A stretch of DNA of 64,000 bases, taken from assembly GCA_043797125.1 (NCBI GenBank), contig JAZDPX010000033.1:34527-98526 (forward strand). The letters are read 5' to 3'. Numbering within the stretch: position 1 is the first letter of the stretch; each line of letters opens with the position of its first letter. The translations under genes and the position numbers were made by a program. The notes under the pieces are model-generated. The model was not told the origin of the DNA and did not search any database. It worked only from the letters and a program-made list of their open reading frames with translations. This document shows, in pieces, positions 18,646-27,351 of this stretch. The stretch is from Candidatus Omnitrophota bacterium (lineage in GTDB: Bacteria > Omnitrophota > Gorgyraeia > JABMRG01 > JAFGKX01).

Positions 18646-20270
18646 CAACTCACCGAAGAGGAAAATATAGCGCACGCCTTTTTATAATCATCGAAGTTGT
18701 GTATTTCCATCCAACCGCTCGTTACCTCATATGCAAGGACCTCATATTTTTTATTGATCAAATGCCCGATTAACTCGGCAAACGAAGCTGTCTGCATAGG
18801 CCTTGACTTCTTATACTCGTCTACCAGCGCCTTCATTCCCTTTTTTGAAAGCATGGCAAGCCCTATAAACTCAAAGTGCGCCTCCTTCTCCGAAATATCA
18901 TTACCGATATTTCGTATAGGATTTTTTCTATTTAAATCCATTGTTCTTAAATTATCAAGGTGCGCTGTTTTAGCGACCACAAGCTCAAGCTGCTTGTTGC
19001 GGATGTGGGTTTTTTTGTATGTACTGTCAACTACCAGTATTATATCATCGTCCTTTTTAAGCAGCCTTTGCAAAAGGTACTGGTCTACAAGTATGTCGGA
19101 ATATAAAATCAAATTCTTGTCGGCAATCTTATCTATGCCTTTCATTATTGAATACATTATGCCCTTACTTCTATAGCTTTTGTTTTCTATGATCCCGGCG
19201 CCTTCAAGCTTTACGTTGGAGCTTTTATATCCCACGACTACGCTTATATCCTGCACCCCTGCGGTATTCAACGTTTCTACGTTCCTTTGCAGCAGCGATT
19301 TTCCGTTTATGTCCAACATCCCTACAGGCCTATCCTCAAGAAGAGGTTTAAGAGAGTTATCCATTTTTGGCCCAGCTGCCGGTATTATGGCTTTAATGCT
19401 TCCTGTATTTGTTTTTAAATACTTTCTTTCATTGCTTTTCATAATATGCATACCTTGCAGCCTGAAGACCTCATCCATTGAAACGATTTTTGAATCAATA
19501 CCTGAAATCCCGTTATCTTTTATATATTTAAGGGCCTGTTTTATGCACTTAATGCCGGCCCTCATTCCGTGGTTGGCATATATTACTACGCTTGCTCCAA
19601 GGTCTCTCATTTGCTTTTCGCTTAAGTCATACATGGTTGGGCATAAAACAAGAGGAGCTCTTTTCTTCCATGCCTTGCAGAAATTGATTATCTCATCCGG
19701 CGTTTTCGATTTTGAATGTATAAATATTCCGTCTGCTCCAGCCTCTATATAAGCCTGCGCCCTTTTTAAAGCCTCGTCCTGGCCCCATCCAGCTATCAGC
19801 GCCTCTACCCTGGCAAATACCATGAAATCATCCGTTGTTTGAGAGTTTTTTGCCGCCATTATCTTGCCGACAAATTCCGCGATAGGCGCAAGTTCCTGCC
19901 TGCCGGGAATAAAACTGTTAACTTTCGGAAATTGTTTATCTTCTATGCAGACAGCGCTAACGCCTGCTGATTCAAATTTTCTTATCATATGCATAACGTT
20001 GTTTGAATTACCAAAACCCGTATCGCAATCCACCATAATAGGTATGGAGGTTGCATTAACCATGCTTTCCGTAGCATACAGCAAATCGCTCATTGTCAAA
20101 ATATTTGCGTCAGGAACAGCATGCGAAGTGGCTATTTCAAAGCCCGACGCCCACACCCCGTCAAAACCTGCCTCCTGGACCAGTTTTGCGGTTAAGCCAT
20201 TGTGCGCCCCTACTATCTTTATAAGCTTTCCTTTGCGAATAAGGTTTTTAAAACTGATTCTTTCTCTCAT
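18645..20270 (-). CDS. pepM: Bifunctional phosphoenolpyruvate phosphomutase / nucleotidyl(cytidylyl)transferase (PepM-PntC/Fom1-like fusion)
   Basis: N-terminal isocitrate-lyase/PEP-mutase fold carries the PepM-specific EDKQFPKVNS (EDKX5NS) motif. C-terminal about 230 aa is an NTP-transferase domain (KAIIPAAGPKMDNSLKPLL...). The start is refined to M12 (ATG 20270). Confidence 0.8.
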   Translation of the reverse strand: MRERISFKNLIRKGKLIKIVGAHNGLTAKLVQEAGFDGVWASGFEIATSHAVPDANILTMSDLLYATESMVNATSIPIMVDCDTGFGNSNNVMHMIRKFESAGVSAVCIEDKQFPKVNSFIPGRQELAPIAEFVGKIMAAKNSQTTDDFMVFARVEALIAGWGQDEALKRAQAYIEAGADGIFIHSKSKTPDEIINFCKAWKKRAPLVLCPTMYDLSEKQMRDLGASVVIYANHGMRAGIKCIKQALKYIKDNGISGIDSKIVSMDEVFRLQGMHIMKSNERKYLKTNTGSIKAIIPAAGPKMDNSLKPLLEDRPVGMLDINGKSLLQRNVETLNTAGVQDISVVVGYKSSNVKLEGAGIIENKSYRSKGIMYSIMKGIDKIADKNLILYSDILVDQYLLQRLLKKDDDIILVVDSTYKKTHIRNKQLELVVAKTAHLDNLRTMDLNRKNPIRNIGNDISEKEAHFEFIGLAMLSKKGMKALVDEYKKSRPMQTASFAELIGHLINKKYEVLAYEVTSGWMEIHNFDDYKKACAIFSSSVS

Positions 20271-20272
20271 TT

Positions 20273-21493
20273 TTACCTCTTTACGCCGGCATTTCTCCAG
20301 CACGCCGGGTCTCCGGCAAAAAATGCGTCCGGATTAAGCCTGGATGGGTCATAGTTGCCTTTTTCGTCAAATGCCGAATCATCGTAGGCCCTGGTGCGGC
20401 AGCCGTAGCAGCGGCCTTCCTTGCTAAGCTGGCAATTCGCGGTTGAACATTTTGAGTTCTCATGCAGCTGAGAATATATATTCCTGAATCTCTTTACCTT
20501 CTCCGACATAACAATATCGGTAAACAAAGTGTCCCTTATGTTTCCCAATGCCCAGAAATCCGGCGCCTCCGAGCAGGGCAGCACAACGCCGTCCGCCCTT
20601 ACATGGACGCCTCCTAAATGCCTTGAGCATGCCTTATTCTCAACCCACGGGCTTTGCGCCTTCCAATGAATGTCAAATTCCTTTCCATCTATATCAGCTA
20701 CCTTTTCAAACAACCTCATAATACTCTCTGAATTCAATGTTCCGCCTGATAATTTTCCGCAAAGCATTACAGATACATTTTTTTTAGCTGTGCCGTGAAC
20801 ATGGACAGGTATGATAAAAGGCCTGAAGTTATGCCTTCTAGACCATCGGAAAACATCACACACATCGTCATAGTTTAAAACAGTAACTACGGTATTAGTT
20901 GAAAGAGGCGGCATATCAGGCCTTCCATACCCTGCCTTTATAAGGTGCGCGAACCCCTGCATCATCTTTTTTGAGCCGCCTTTAATGCCGAGCAACTTAT
21001 CCTGTATGTCTTCATTTAACGAATCTAGTTTGCAGCATAATGAAATACCGTCTTCGGCAAGCCTTTTTGCCTTTTCTTCGTTAATAACAGCTACATCTGT
21101 AAAGCTTACCAGATCAAGAGGCAGGCCTTTCTCTTCAAAAAGAGCCCTTGCATATTCTACCACATGGAAGAAGGCTTCGCCACCTTTACCCTTGAAATCA
21201 GGCGGATTCCAGACTAAAGGCTCCCCGCCCTGCATGTTTATTATCCTTACCCCTAACCCAGCTGCCTGGCTGATAATATCCTTTGCCTCATGCATGGTCA
21301 ATTGATTTGTTCTCTCGGGAGAACCCTCGGCATAACAATAAATACACCGGAAATTGCACTTTTGTGTAACCATGATATCGACCGACAAAAGCACAGCGCC
21401 CTGCGATTTCATACGCTCTATAATATCCCTGCCTAATCCCGCCATTCCCGGATAAAGAGTTATGTTTTCCTTATTTGCTGGTTTTCTCTCCAT
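20273..21493 (-). CDS. Radical SAM enzyme with Cys-rich C-terminal (SPASM/twitch-like) domain
   Basis: CNFRCIYC (Cx3Cx2C), GGEPL, and C-terminal CSTANC...CYGC cysteines. The stop lies 2 nt before the PepM start. Confidence 0.7.
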   Translation of the reverse strand: MERKPANKENITLYPGMAGLGRDIIERMKSQGAVLLSVDIMVTQKCNFRCIYCYAEGSPERTNQLTMHEAKDIISQAAGLGVRIINMQGGEPLVWNPPDFKGKGGEAFFHVVEYARALFEEKGLPLDLVSFTDVAVINEEKAKRLAEDGISLCCKLDSLNEDIQDKLLGIKGGSKKMMQGFAHLIKAGYGRPDMPPLSTNTVVTVLNYDDVCDVFRWSRRHNFRPFIIPVHVHGTAKKNVSVMLCGKLSGGTLNSESIMRLFEKVADIDGKEFDIHWKAQSPWVENKACSRHLGGVHVRADGVVLPCSEAPDFWALGNIRDTLFTDIVMSEKVKRFRNIYSQLHENSKCSTANCQLSKEGRCYGCRTRAYDDSAFDEKGNYDPSRLNPDAFFAGDPACWRNAGVKR

Positions 21494-21511
21494 TTAAGCC
21501 CTCGCGTATTG

Positions 21512-22387
21512 TTATCCGAACGCAGCTATCAGATATATTCCTATAAATATAATAACCGCGCCGGCAAATCTTACCTTAGCGTACTTTTCTTTTAAAAACA
21601 AAATTCCGTACAAAGAACCAAAAACCACGCTTATCTGCCTTAATGCGATAACATATGCAACCTTTGACATGCGAAACGCATAAAGGATTAATATATAAGA
21701 TAGAAATTCCAGCACCGCGGCTAACGCGATGCTGAATTTATCTTTTTTCGTGATATAAAAATAGTTCCTGCGCCTTTCCTTCATAAATAAAAGATACCCT
21801 AAAAACAAAAAACCCGACAAGGCAAAAAAAAGGTAAAAAAACAAAATAGGGTGCATTAACAGAACTCCCTTTTTATCAACGACAGAATAACATGCCGAAG
21901 AAAAGGCGGTTAACCCCGCGAAAAATACAACCTTTTTATTTATATGCCTAAAAGGATCAAGGATTCCTGAAAAGGATATCTTTTTTTGGTTTATAAGATA
22001 TGCCCCCAACATGACAACTATAATTCCCAATATTGCTATCTTTGACGGGACCTCACCTAATAATATAAATGCCATAAGAAGGACAAATACGGGAGAAGAC
22101 CTTATAATCGGATATGACAAAGACATGTCCGCGCCTTCGTAGGTCTTGCACAGGAATATCTGGTAAAAAAAATGAGTGCATGCGGAAACTATTACAAGCA
22201 CCCAGCCTGCGATGCTGACATCTTTTAGCGGATACAAAAACAGAATAAAACAAAACGCCAGCGTATAAAAAAGGTGTATGTTCAGATAAAATATCACCTT
22301 GTCCTCGCTTTTTTTCAGCAGCATATTCCACAGAGGATGGATAACGCTTGATATAATTACCAGCAAGAAACTAATTTCTGTTATCAT
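21512..22387 (-). CDS. EamA/DMT-family transporter (LicB-like)
   Basis: 291 aa with 10 TM helices in two 5-TM repeats. Confidence 0.6.
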   Translation of the reverse strand: MITEISFLLVIISSVIHPLWNMLLKKSEDKVIFYLNIHLFYTLAFCFILFLYPLKDVSIAGWVLVIVSACTHFFYQIFLCKTYEGADMSLSYPIIRSSPVFVLLMAFILLGEVPSKIAILGIIVVMLGAYLINQKKISFSGILDPFRHINKKVVFFAGLTAFSSACYSVVDKKGVLLMHPILFFYLFFALSGFLFLGYLLFMKERRRNYFYITKKDKFSIALAAVLEFLSYILILYAFRMSKVAYVIALRQISVVFGSLYGILFLKEKYAKVRFAGAVIIFIGIYLIAAFG

Positions 22388-23147
22388 GACAACCTATTTT
22401 TTCAATCTCGCTTAATGCCTTTTTATAATCCTCAACAGTGTCTATTTCCCGCCAGCCGCCTTTTACTGTTACGCAGTGAACCGCAATTCCTGAATCCGCC
22501 AGATCCTGAACCATGTCTGTTAAATACGCCTTTTCAAATACCGGAGCCCTCTGAAATGGCTTGCCGTCATAAATAGGCTTTATCTTATTAAAATGGTTTC
22601 TAAAAATAGCCGCTCCCTTTTTTGTGCATTTTATCATGCCGACAAATTCACCGTGAACGGCGTTTTTATCACCAAGGGCCTTGCCGATTTTAAGTACCTT
22701 TTTATCGGAATCCATTATAACATTTTCCGCTTCATCAATCGGGTGGTCTTTTCTGCCTTTATAATAGGCGCGCCAGTCGGTGTCAACCAGAATGGCTATA
22801 TCTTTTTTGCAATTTAACAGCCTTTTCGCGATCTTGGCGTCAAACAATATATCCGAATACGAAGCTATAAACTCATCGTCCATCTCCCGCTGGGCGCAAA
22901 AAAGTGAATGCAGTATATCGTTATGAAGATATCTTTCATTTACATAATATTTGAGCCCCGGATAATCTATCTTTTCTTTTTTATAACCCACTATGACTGA
23001 TATGTCTTTCACGCCGGCGCTCCTGAAAGCCTCAAACTGGGATTGAAGGAGAGTTTTCTTATTAAATTCCAGCAGGCATTTAGGCAGGTCATCGGTTAGC
23101 TCATTCATCCTCTTGCCTCTTCCCGCTGCTATAATAATCGCTTTCAT
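22371..23147 (-). CDS. LicC-like nucleotidyltransferase (phosphocholine/phosphonate cytidylyltransferase family)
   Basis: MKAIIIAAGRGKRMNELTDDLPKCLL N-terminal NTP-transferase signature. It is a paralog of the C-terminal domain of the PepM fusion. Confidence 0.7.
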   Translation of the reverse strand: MKAIIIAAGRGKRMNELTDDLPKCLLEFNKKTLLQSQFEAFRSAGVKDISVIVGYKKEKIDYPGLKYYVNERYLHNDILHSLFCAQREMDDEFIASYSDILFDAKIAKRLLNCKKDIAILVDTDWRAYYKGRKDHPIDEAENVIMDSDKKVLKIGKALGDKNAVHGEFVGMIKCTKKGAAIFRNHFNKIKPIYDGKPFQRAPVFEKAYLTDMVQDLADSGIAVHCVTVKGGWREIDTVEDYKKALSEIEKIGCHDNRN

Positions 23148-24637
23148 GCTTTTGTCCGTTCGCTTGCCTCCTGCTTCATGCTGCTAAGCAAAAGAGGTAT
23201 CAGTTTTCTTTTTTTGTTTATATACACAAGCACCGGGATAGATAAAAACGTTATTGACGCGCATCCTATTATATTGCCAAGGTTTGTTTCCGCCGCGGCA
23301 ATTCTTAACGTGGCCTGCAAGCCTGCAACGCACGCAGCAATGTAAGCCGCGGGAATCATCATTCTTAAAATAAATAATACGGCGTTCTTGGGCGTTTCAA
23401 AATGAATCAACGTATGCGCAAGAGAGGCGATAAAAAGAAAAAAAGACGATATTGCGGTGGCGACTGCCACGCCCTCTATGCCGTGGCCTTTGCGTATCAG
23501 GATGTAATTAAGGATAATATTAAGCGCTATCGTTATAAGAACAACTTTTATTATCCACCTCGTTTTATTAACTGCGACAAGGAAAGCGCGAGTCTGGGGG
23601 CATAACGCCCTGAAAAATACATCCAGTAAAATTATCTGCATGGCGATGATGCCGGGAGTAAACTTTGGCAATACAAACCGTACGAAAACCGGTATCGCGA
23701 AATACGCCATCCCAAGCGCGACAGGCAGTATGCACGAATTTACTTCTGTGGGAACCACTATATATTTTTTCGCGTCCTGGACGTTTTCCCGGCTTCCGTA
23801 CGCCTCCAGCATGCGCGGCTTTACCACCGAGGCTATGGCCGATATCTCATCCATGCTTGTTCTCGCCATAATGCCCAAACTGTAATACCCGGCAAAGGTT
23901 ACACCTATCATTTTCGCTATCATAATCCTGTCCGTTGACCAGAGTATCGTATCAACAATACCGATGCCCATCAATGGCAGGCCAAGCTTCACTAACTCCT
24001 TTGTCCTGTTTAAAGAGAACAGAAAACGCGCTTTATATTTTGTATTGCTGTATATATAAATAATATTAACCAGCGAAAGCGTTATAGTCGCCGCATAGAG
24101 GCCGTTAAGCTTAAACATCCTTACCGCCGTAAAAACCAGAAATATGTTAGCAGCCACGACCACAAACATGGATCTGCTAAGAAGAGAGAAATTTTTGAAC
24201 ACCTTCAACAGGAGCATATAAAACATCTCGACCCGCTGAAATATCACATAAACGGAAAGGGCAACCAGGCCTATGATAAACTCGCGCGGGACGCTGTTTC
24301 TTAACAAGAATACCGAAACAAGAACTGGCAGGCTGATTGCAAGAGAAGTTAAAAACATAAAGGTAAAAGTCGTGTTTTTAATTTCATCAACAGCTTTCGG
24401 GTCTTTTTTACCGACCAAAAAAGGTATTTTATACATTGCCGCCCTGCTAACGCCCAAAAGCGTGTATCCGCAATATTCCAGCGCTACTTTAAACAGGCTC
24501 CATATGCCCGTAAGGTACGGGCCCAGAAACCTGCGCGTGACTATCGCTATCAGCACTTCGACCGCGTTAGAAATATATGTGGCAATAGTTATGCTTGTAA
24601 CATCTCTGAAAACCTGTCTTTTAGCCGAATCGCTCAT
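23144..24637 (-). CDS. Polysaccharide biosynthesis protein / Wzx-like oligosaccharide flippase (MOP superfamily)
   Basis: 497 aa with 12-14 TM helices, typical of O-antigen flippases. Confidence 0.65.
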   Translation of the reverse strand: MSDSAKRQVFRDVTSITIATYISNAVEVLIAIVTRRFLGPYLTGIWSLFKVALEYCGYTLLGVSRAAMYKIPFLVGKKDPKAVDEIKNTTFTFMFLTSLAISLPVLVSVFLLRNSVPREFIIGLVALSVYVIFQRVEMFYMLLLKVFKNFSLLSRSMFVVVAANIFLVFTAVRMFKLNGLYAATITLSLVNIIYIYSNTKYKARFLFSLNRTKELVKLGLPLMGIGIVDTILWSTDRIMIAKMIGVTFAGYYSLGIMARTSMDEISAIASVVKPRMLEAYGSRENVQDAKKYIVVPTEVNSCILPVALGMAYFAIPVFVRFVLPKFTPGIIAMQIILLDVFFRALCPQTRAFLVAVNKTRWIIKVVLITIALNIILNYILIRKGHGIEGVAVATAISSFFLFIASLAHTLIHFETPKNAVLFILRMMIPAAYIAACVAGLQATLRIAAAETNLGNIIGCASITFLSIPVLVYINKKRKLIPLLLSSMKQEASERTKA

Positions 24638-24647
24638 CTATAACCTA

Positions 24648-25460
24648 TTATTGCATAATAAAAAAACTGTCAAGCCTGACATCTATGCCAGCCTCGCTCA
24701 TACGCTTTTTTGCTTTCCGCGTGCTTTGCTCTCTGTAATGGAATATATTCGCCGCCGCCGCGGCAGAAGCGTTGCCTTGTATAATACATTTAGAGAAATC
24801 ATCCCAGTCCCCTGCGCCGCCGCAAGCTATAAGCGGGATCGAAATATTATCCGCGACAGACCTTATAAGATCTATATCGTATCCGCTCATGGTCCCATTT
24901 CTGTCTATGGAGTTAAGCAAAATCTCACCGGCGCCCAGATCCTGCGCTTGTTTTGCCCATTCCGCCGGGTCAAGACCGGCAGAGACCTTTCCCTTTTCGA
25001 TAAATACCTCATATTTACCGGATGGATTTAATTTCGCGTCGATAGAGACTACCACGCACTGGCTGCCGAATATCTTTGACGCCTCTTTGATAAGCTGCGG
25101 GGTTTTCACCGCGGCTGTGTTAATGCAGACCTTATCCGCCCCGCGCTTTAACCTTAAGCGTATATCCTCAACGCTTTTGATGTTTCCGCCTACAGCCAAA
25201 GGCACAAAGCATGACTTGGATAAATAAGTGATTATGCCCGGCAGCGTATCCGGGTTCTCGTGCCTGTAGTCTTTTCTTGCAAAATCATATACGCTATCGG
25301 TGCTAAGGTCCAATAAGATGATTTCATCAACAGCCCATGTATTAAACTGCTCTATCGAGGTAATGGGGTTGCCTATTATCTGGTAGTTGGCAAAGTTTCT
25401 TGTTTTGACCAGGTGTCCCTGCCATAACAGAAGGCACACAATAAGCCTTTTTTTAAGCAT
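24648..25460 (-). CDS. Imidazole glycerol phosphate synthase cyclase subunit homolog (HisF/WbuZ-like)
   Basis: (beta/alpha)8 HisF motifs (ILLDL, ACGGAGDWDDF). Confidence 0.8.
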   Translation of the reverse strand: MLKKRLIVCLLLWQGHLVKTRNFANYQIIGNPITSIEQFNTWAVDEIILLDLSTDSVYDFARKDYRHENPDTLPGIITYLSKSCFVPLAVGGNIKSVEDIRLRLKRGADKVCINTAAVKTPQLIKEASKIFGSQCVVVSIDAKLNPSGKYEVFIEKGKVSAGLDPAEWAKQAQDLGAGEILLNSIDRNGTMSGYDIDLIRSVADNISIPLIACGGAGDWDDFSKCIIQGNASAAAAANIFHYREQSTRKAKKRMSEAGIDVRLDSFFIMQ

Positions 25461-25472
25461 GCGTACGCCCCT

Positions 25473-26099
25473 TTAATTCTGCTCGCATTCGATAAAATTT
25501 TTTATAAGCCGTAATCCCGCCTGCTGGCTTTTTTCCGGATGAAACTGGGTAGCAAAAATATTGCCCTTCTGAACGCTGGAAACAAACTTAACGCCGTAAA
25601 AACATTCGGAACTCACCACATCATCGGGCTCGCAAACGCAGCAATAGCTGTGAACAAAATAAAACGTGGGCTTATCCGGCATATTACGAAACAACGGCTG
25701 CGGCTTTTTCGGCGTTACCACATTCCAGCCGATATGCGGTATCCGTAAATCTGCAACGTTCTCACCCAGCTTTTTAACGGTGGCATTAATCCAGCCCAGC
25801 CCGTTATGTATTCCGTTTTCATGACTTTCTCTGCAAATCAACTGCATTCCTAAACAAATACCTAAAAACGGAACTCCGTTTTTCAAAACCTGCTTATTCA
25901 AAATATCTGCCAAGCCTAATTTTTTAAGATTATTGATTCCTTCTTCAAAGGCCCCTACTCCGGGTAAAATTATGCGTAAGGCCTTACTAAGGGCCTTTGG
26001 ATTATCCGCTGTATACGCGTCAAACCCGAGCGCCTTGACGGCGTTAACCACAGACTGAATATTGCCCATATTATAATCAATTACCGCGACGCTTTGCAT
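25473..26099 (-). CDS. Glutamine amidotransferase class I (HisH/WbuY-like)
   Basis: MQSVAVIDYNMGNIQSV..., catalytic GICLGMQ and a C-terminal HPE triad. Confidence 0.8.
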   Translation of the reverse strand: MQSVAVIDYNMGNIQSVVNAVKALGFDAYTADNPKALSKALRIILPGVGAFEEGINNLKKLGLADILNKQVLKNGVPFLGICLGMQLICRESHENGIHNGLGWINATVKKLGENVADLRIPHIGWNVVTPKKPQPLFRNMPDKPTFYFVHSYCCVCEPDDVVSSECFYGVKFVSSVQKGNIFATQFHPEKSQQAGLRLIKNFIECEQN

Positions 26100-26116
26100 A
26101 ATACGGCCTGTTCACG

Positions 26117-27337
26117 CTACATAAGGACATAATCGCCCTCAAACTTGTCTTTTTCTGACGTAAGGATATAATGCTTATTTTCCTGTATCGGCAACCGGAC
26201 GTTTTCAACGCCGGGATCGTTTTTATGATTTTTGACATGGTCCTGCAAAACCCACTCGCCCCGGCTGTTTTTCTTCCATGCCAGGGGGTCGCGCATGTTT
26301 TCCACGCTATTTACAAATTCTTCCTCTGTAATCTCAAGATATCTTAAAATATTATCGAGATCTTTGGGCCTTTGCCCGTCGTATTTTTCCACCATGGCAA
26401 TGCCTTCCTCTCTGGTCATGCGCCTCTGTCTTATATCCAAAGAGGCGTGGTCGGTCGCTCTTCCGTAGCCGAATTTTAACCACCTTAAATAATCATGGGC
26501 GCCGCCGCAATGGTAACACTCAACATTCTCATATGTATTATAGGTGAGCGATTCGCATGCTGTAATAAATCCATATTTTTCAATCATCAACTCCGTCTGC
26601 TTTTTTGCATTCCAATTTAAAAAATTCCCTATATACAGGCCCCTTATATTTAATTCCTCCAACTCTTCCTCGGAAGGATAAATAGCCCACCTTAAATCGT
26701 CCGCCGTTATACCCTCCTTCTCATCTATTAAATCCTGGTAATCATACCCCCTCATCCCATGCTCTGTTCTGAATTTGCGTGTCATCTCAGCCATATCATG
26801 GTGGGAATACATTCCGCCCAGAAGCAAATGGCCTAGCTCTCCCCAAATCATAAGCGGCACCTTATACTTAACCGCCATTTGAACCGGAAAGGTATATACC
26901 CCGCAATGACAATGCCAGCAAAAATCTCCCATTTTTCTTAAGGCGACTCTCGCAAGCTTTTTAATTATCTTAGGGTTAGGAGTAAATCTTATGTGGTCTA
27001 CGCCGAATTTTTTAACCATATTTGTCAGGTTTTGCATGCCATGCCAAGTGTTAAATTGATGATTAAATGTAACCAAAAGAGGCCTTAAGCCATAGACTTC
27101 CTTAATAATATGTGTCTGAAAATGGCTATCTTTTCCGCCGCTGACTGGGATAATGCAGTCATATTCGCCCTTACCTTTATAAGACATTAATATATCCCGA
27201 AGCTGTTTTTCTTTCTCTTTCCAATTTATCTTATATCTTTCCTCGTCAACCCTGCAACCGCTGCAAACGCCCCTTTCGTCAAAAGTCAATTTTACCGCTG
27301 AACTTTCAGGGTACACACACCTTGTACAATACCTCAT
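26117..27337 (-). CDS. N-acetyl sugar amidotransferase (WbuX-like, PP-loop ATPase)
   Basis: SGGKDS PP-loop and N-terminal Cys4 zinc ribbon (CTRCVYPE...CSGC). The start is refined to ATG 27337 (MRYCTRCV). Confidence 0.7.
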   Translation of the reverse strand: MRYCTRCVYPESSAVKLTFDERGVCSGCRVDEERYKINWKEKEKQLRDILMSYKGKGEYDCIIPVSGGKDSHFQTHIIKEVYGLRPLLVTFNHQFNTWHGMQNLTNMVKKFGVDHIRFTPNPKIIKKLARVALRKMGDFCWHCHCGVYTFPVQMAVKYKVPLMIWGELGHLLLGGMYSHHDMAEMTRKFRTEHGMRGYDYQDLIDEKEGITADDLRWAIYPSEEELEELNIRGLYIGNFLNWNAKKQTELMIEKYGFITACESLTYNTYENVECYHCGGAHDYLRWLKFGYGRATDHASLDIRQRRMTREEGIAMVEKYDGQRPKDLDNILRYLEITEEEFVNSVENMRDPLAWKKNSRGEWVLQDHVKNHKNDPGVENVRLPIQENKHYILTSEKDKFEGDYVLM

Positions 27338-27351
27338 AAAACCCCCTCCTG

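Noticed and set aside
19180-19752. Plus-strand ORFs of 60-290 aa (for example 19180..19752, 24273..25031, 34505..35365, 40840..41442, 43469..43921, 49539..50195 and dozens of shorter ones)
   Set aside because: All lie antisense within minus-strand genes that have clear family-level motifs. They have low-complexity or Cys/Ser/Leu-rich composition and no motifs or RBS. They are interpreted as shadow ORFs.
18645-20270. PepM domain being an isocitrate lyase / methylisocitrate lyase instead
   Set aside because: It carries the PepM-specific EDKX5NS motif and is directly followed by a ThDP decarboxylase of Ppd type.
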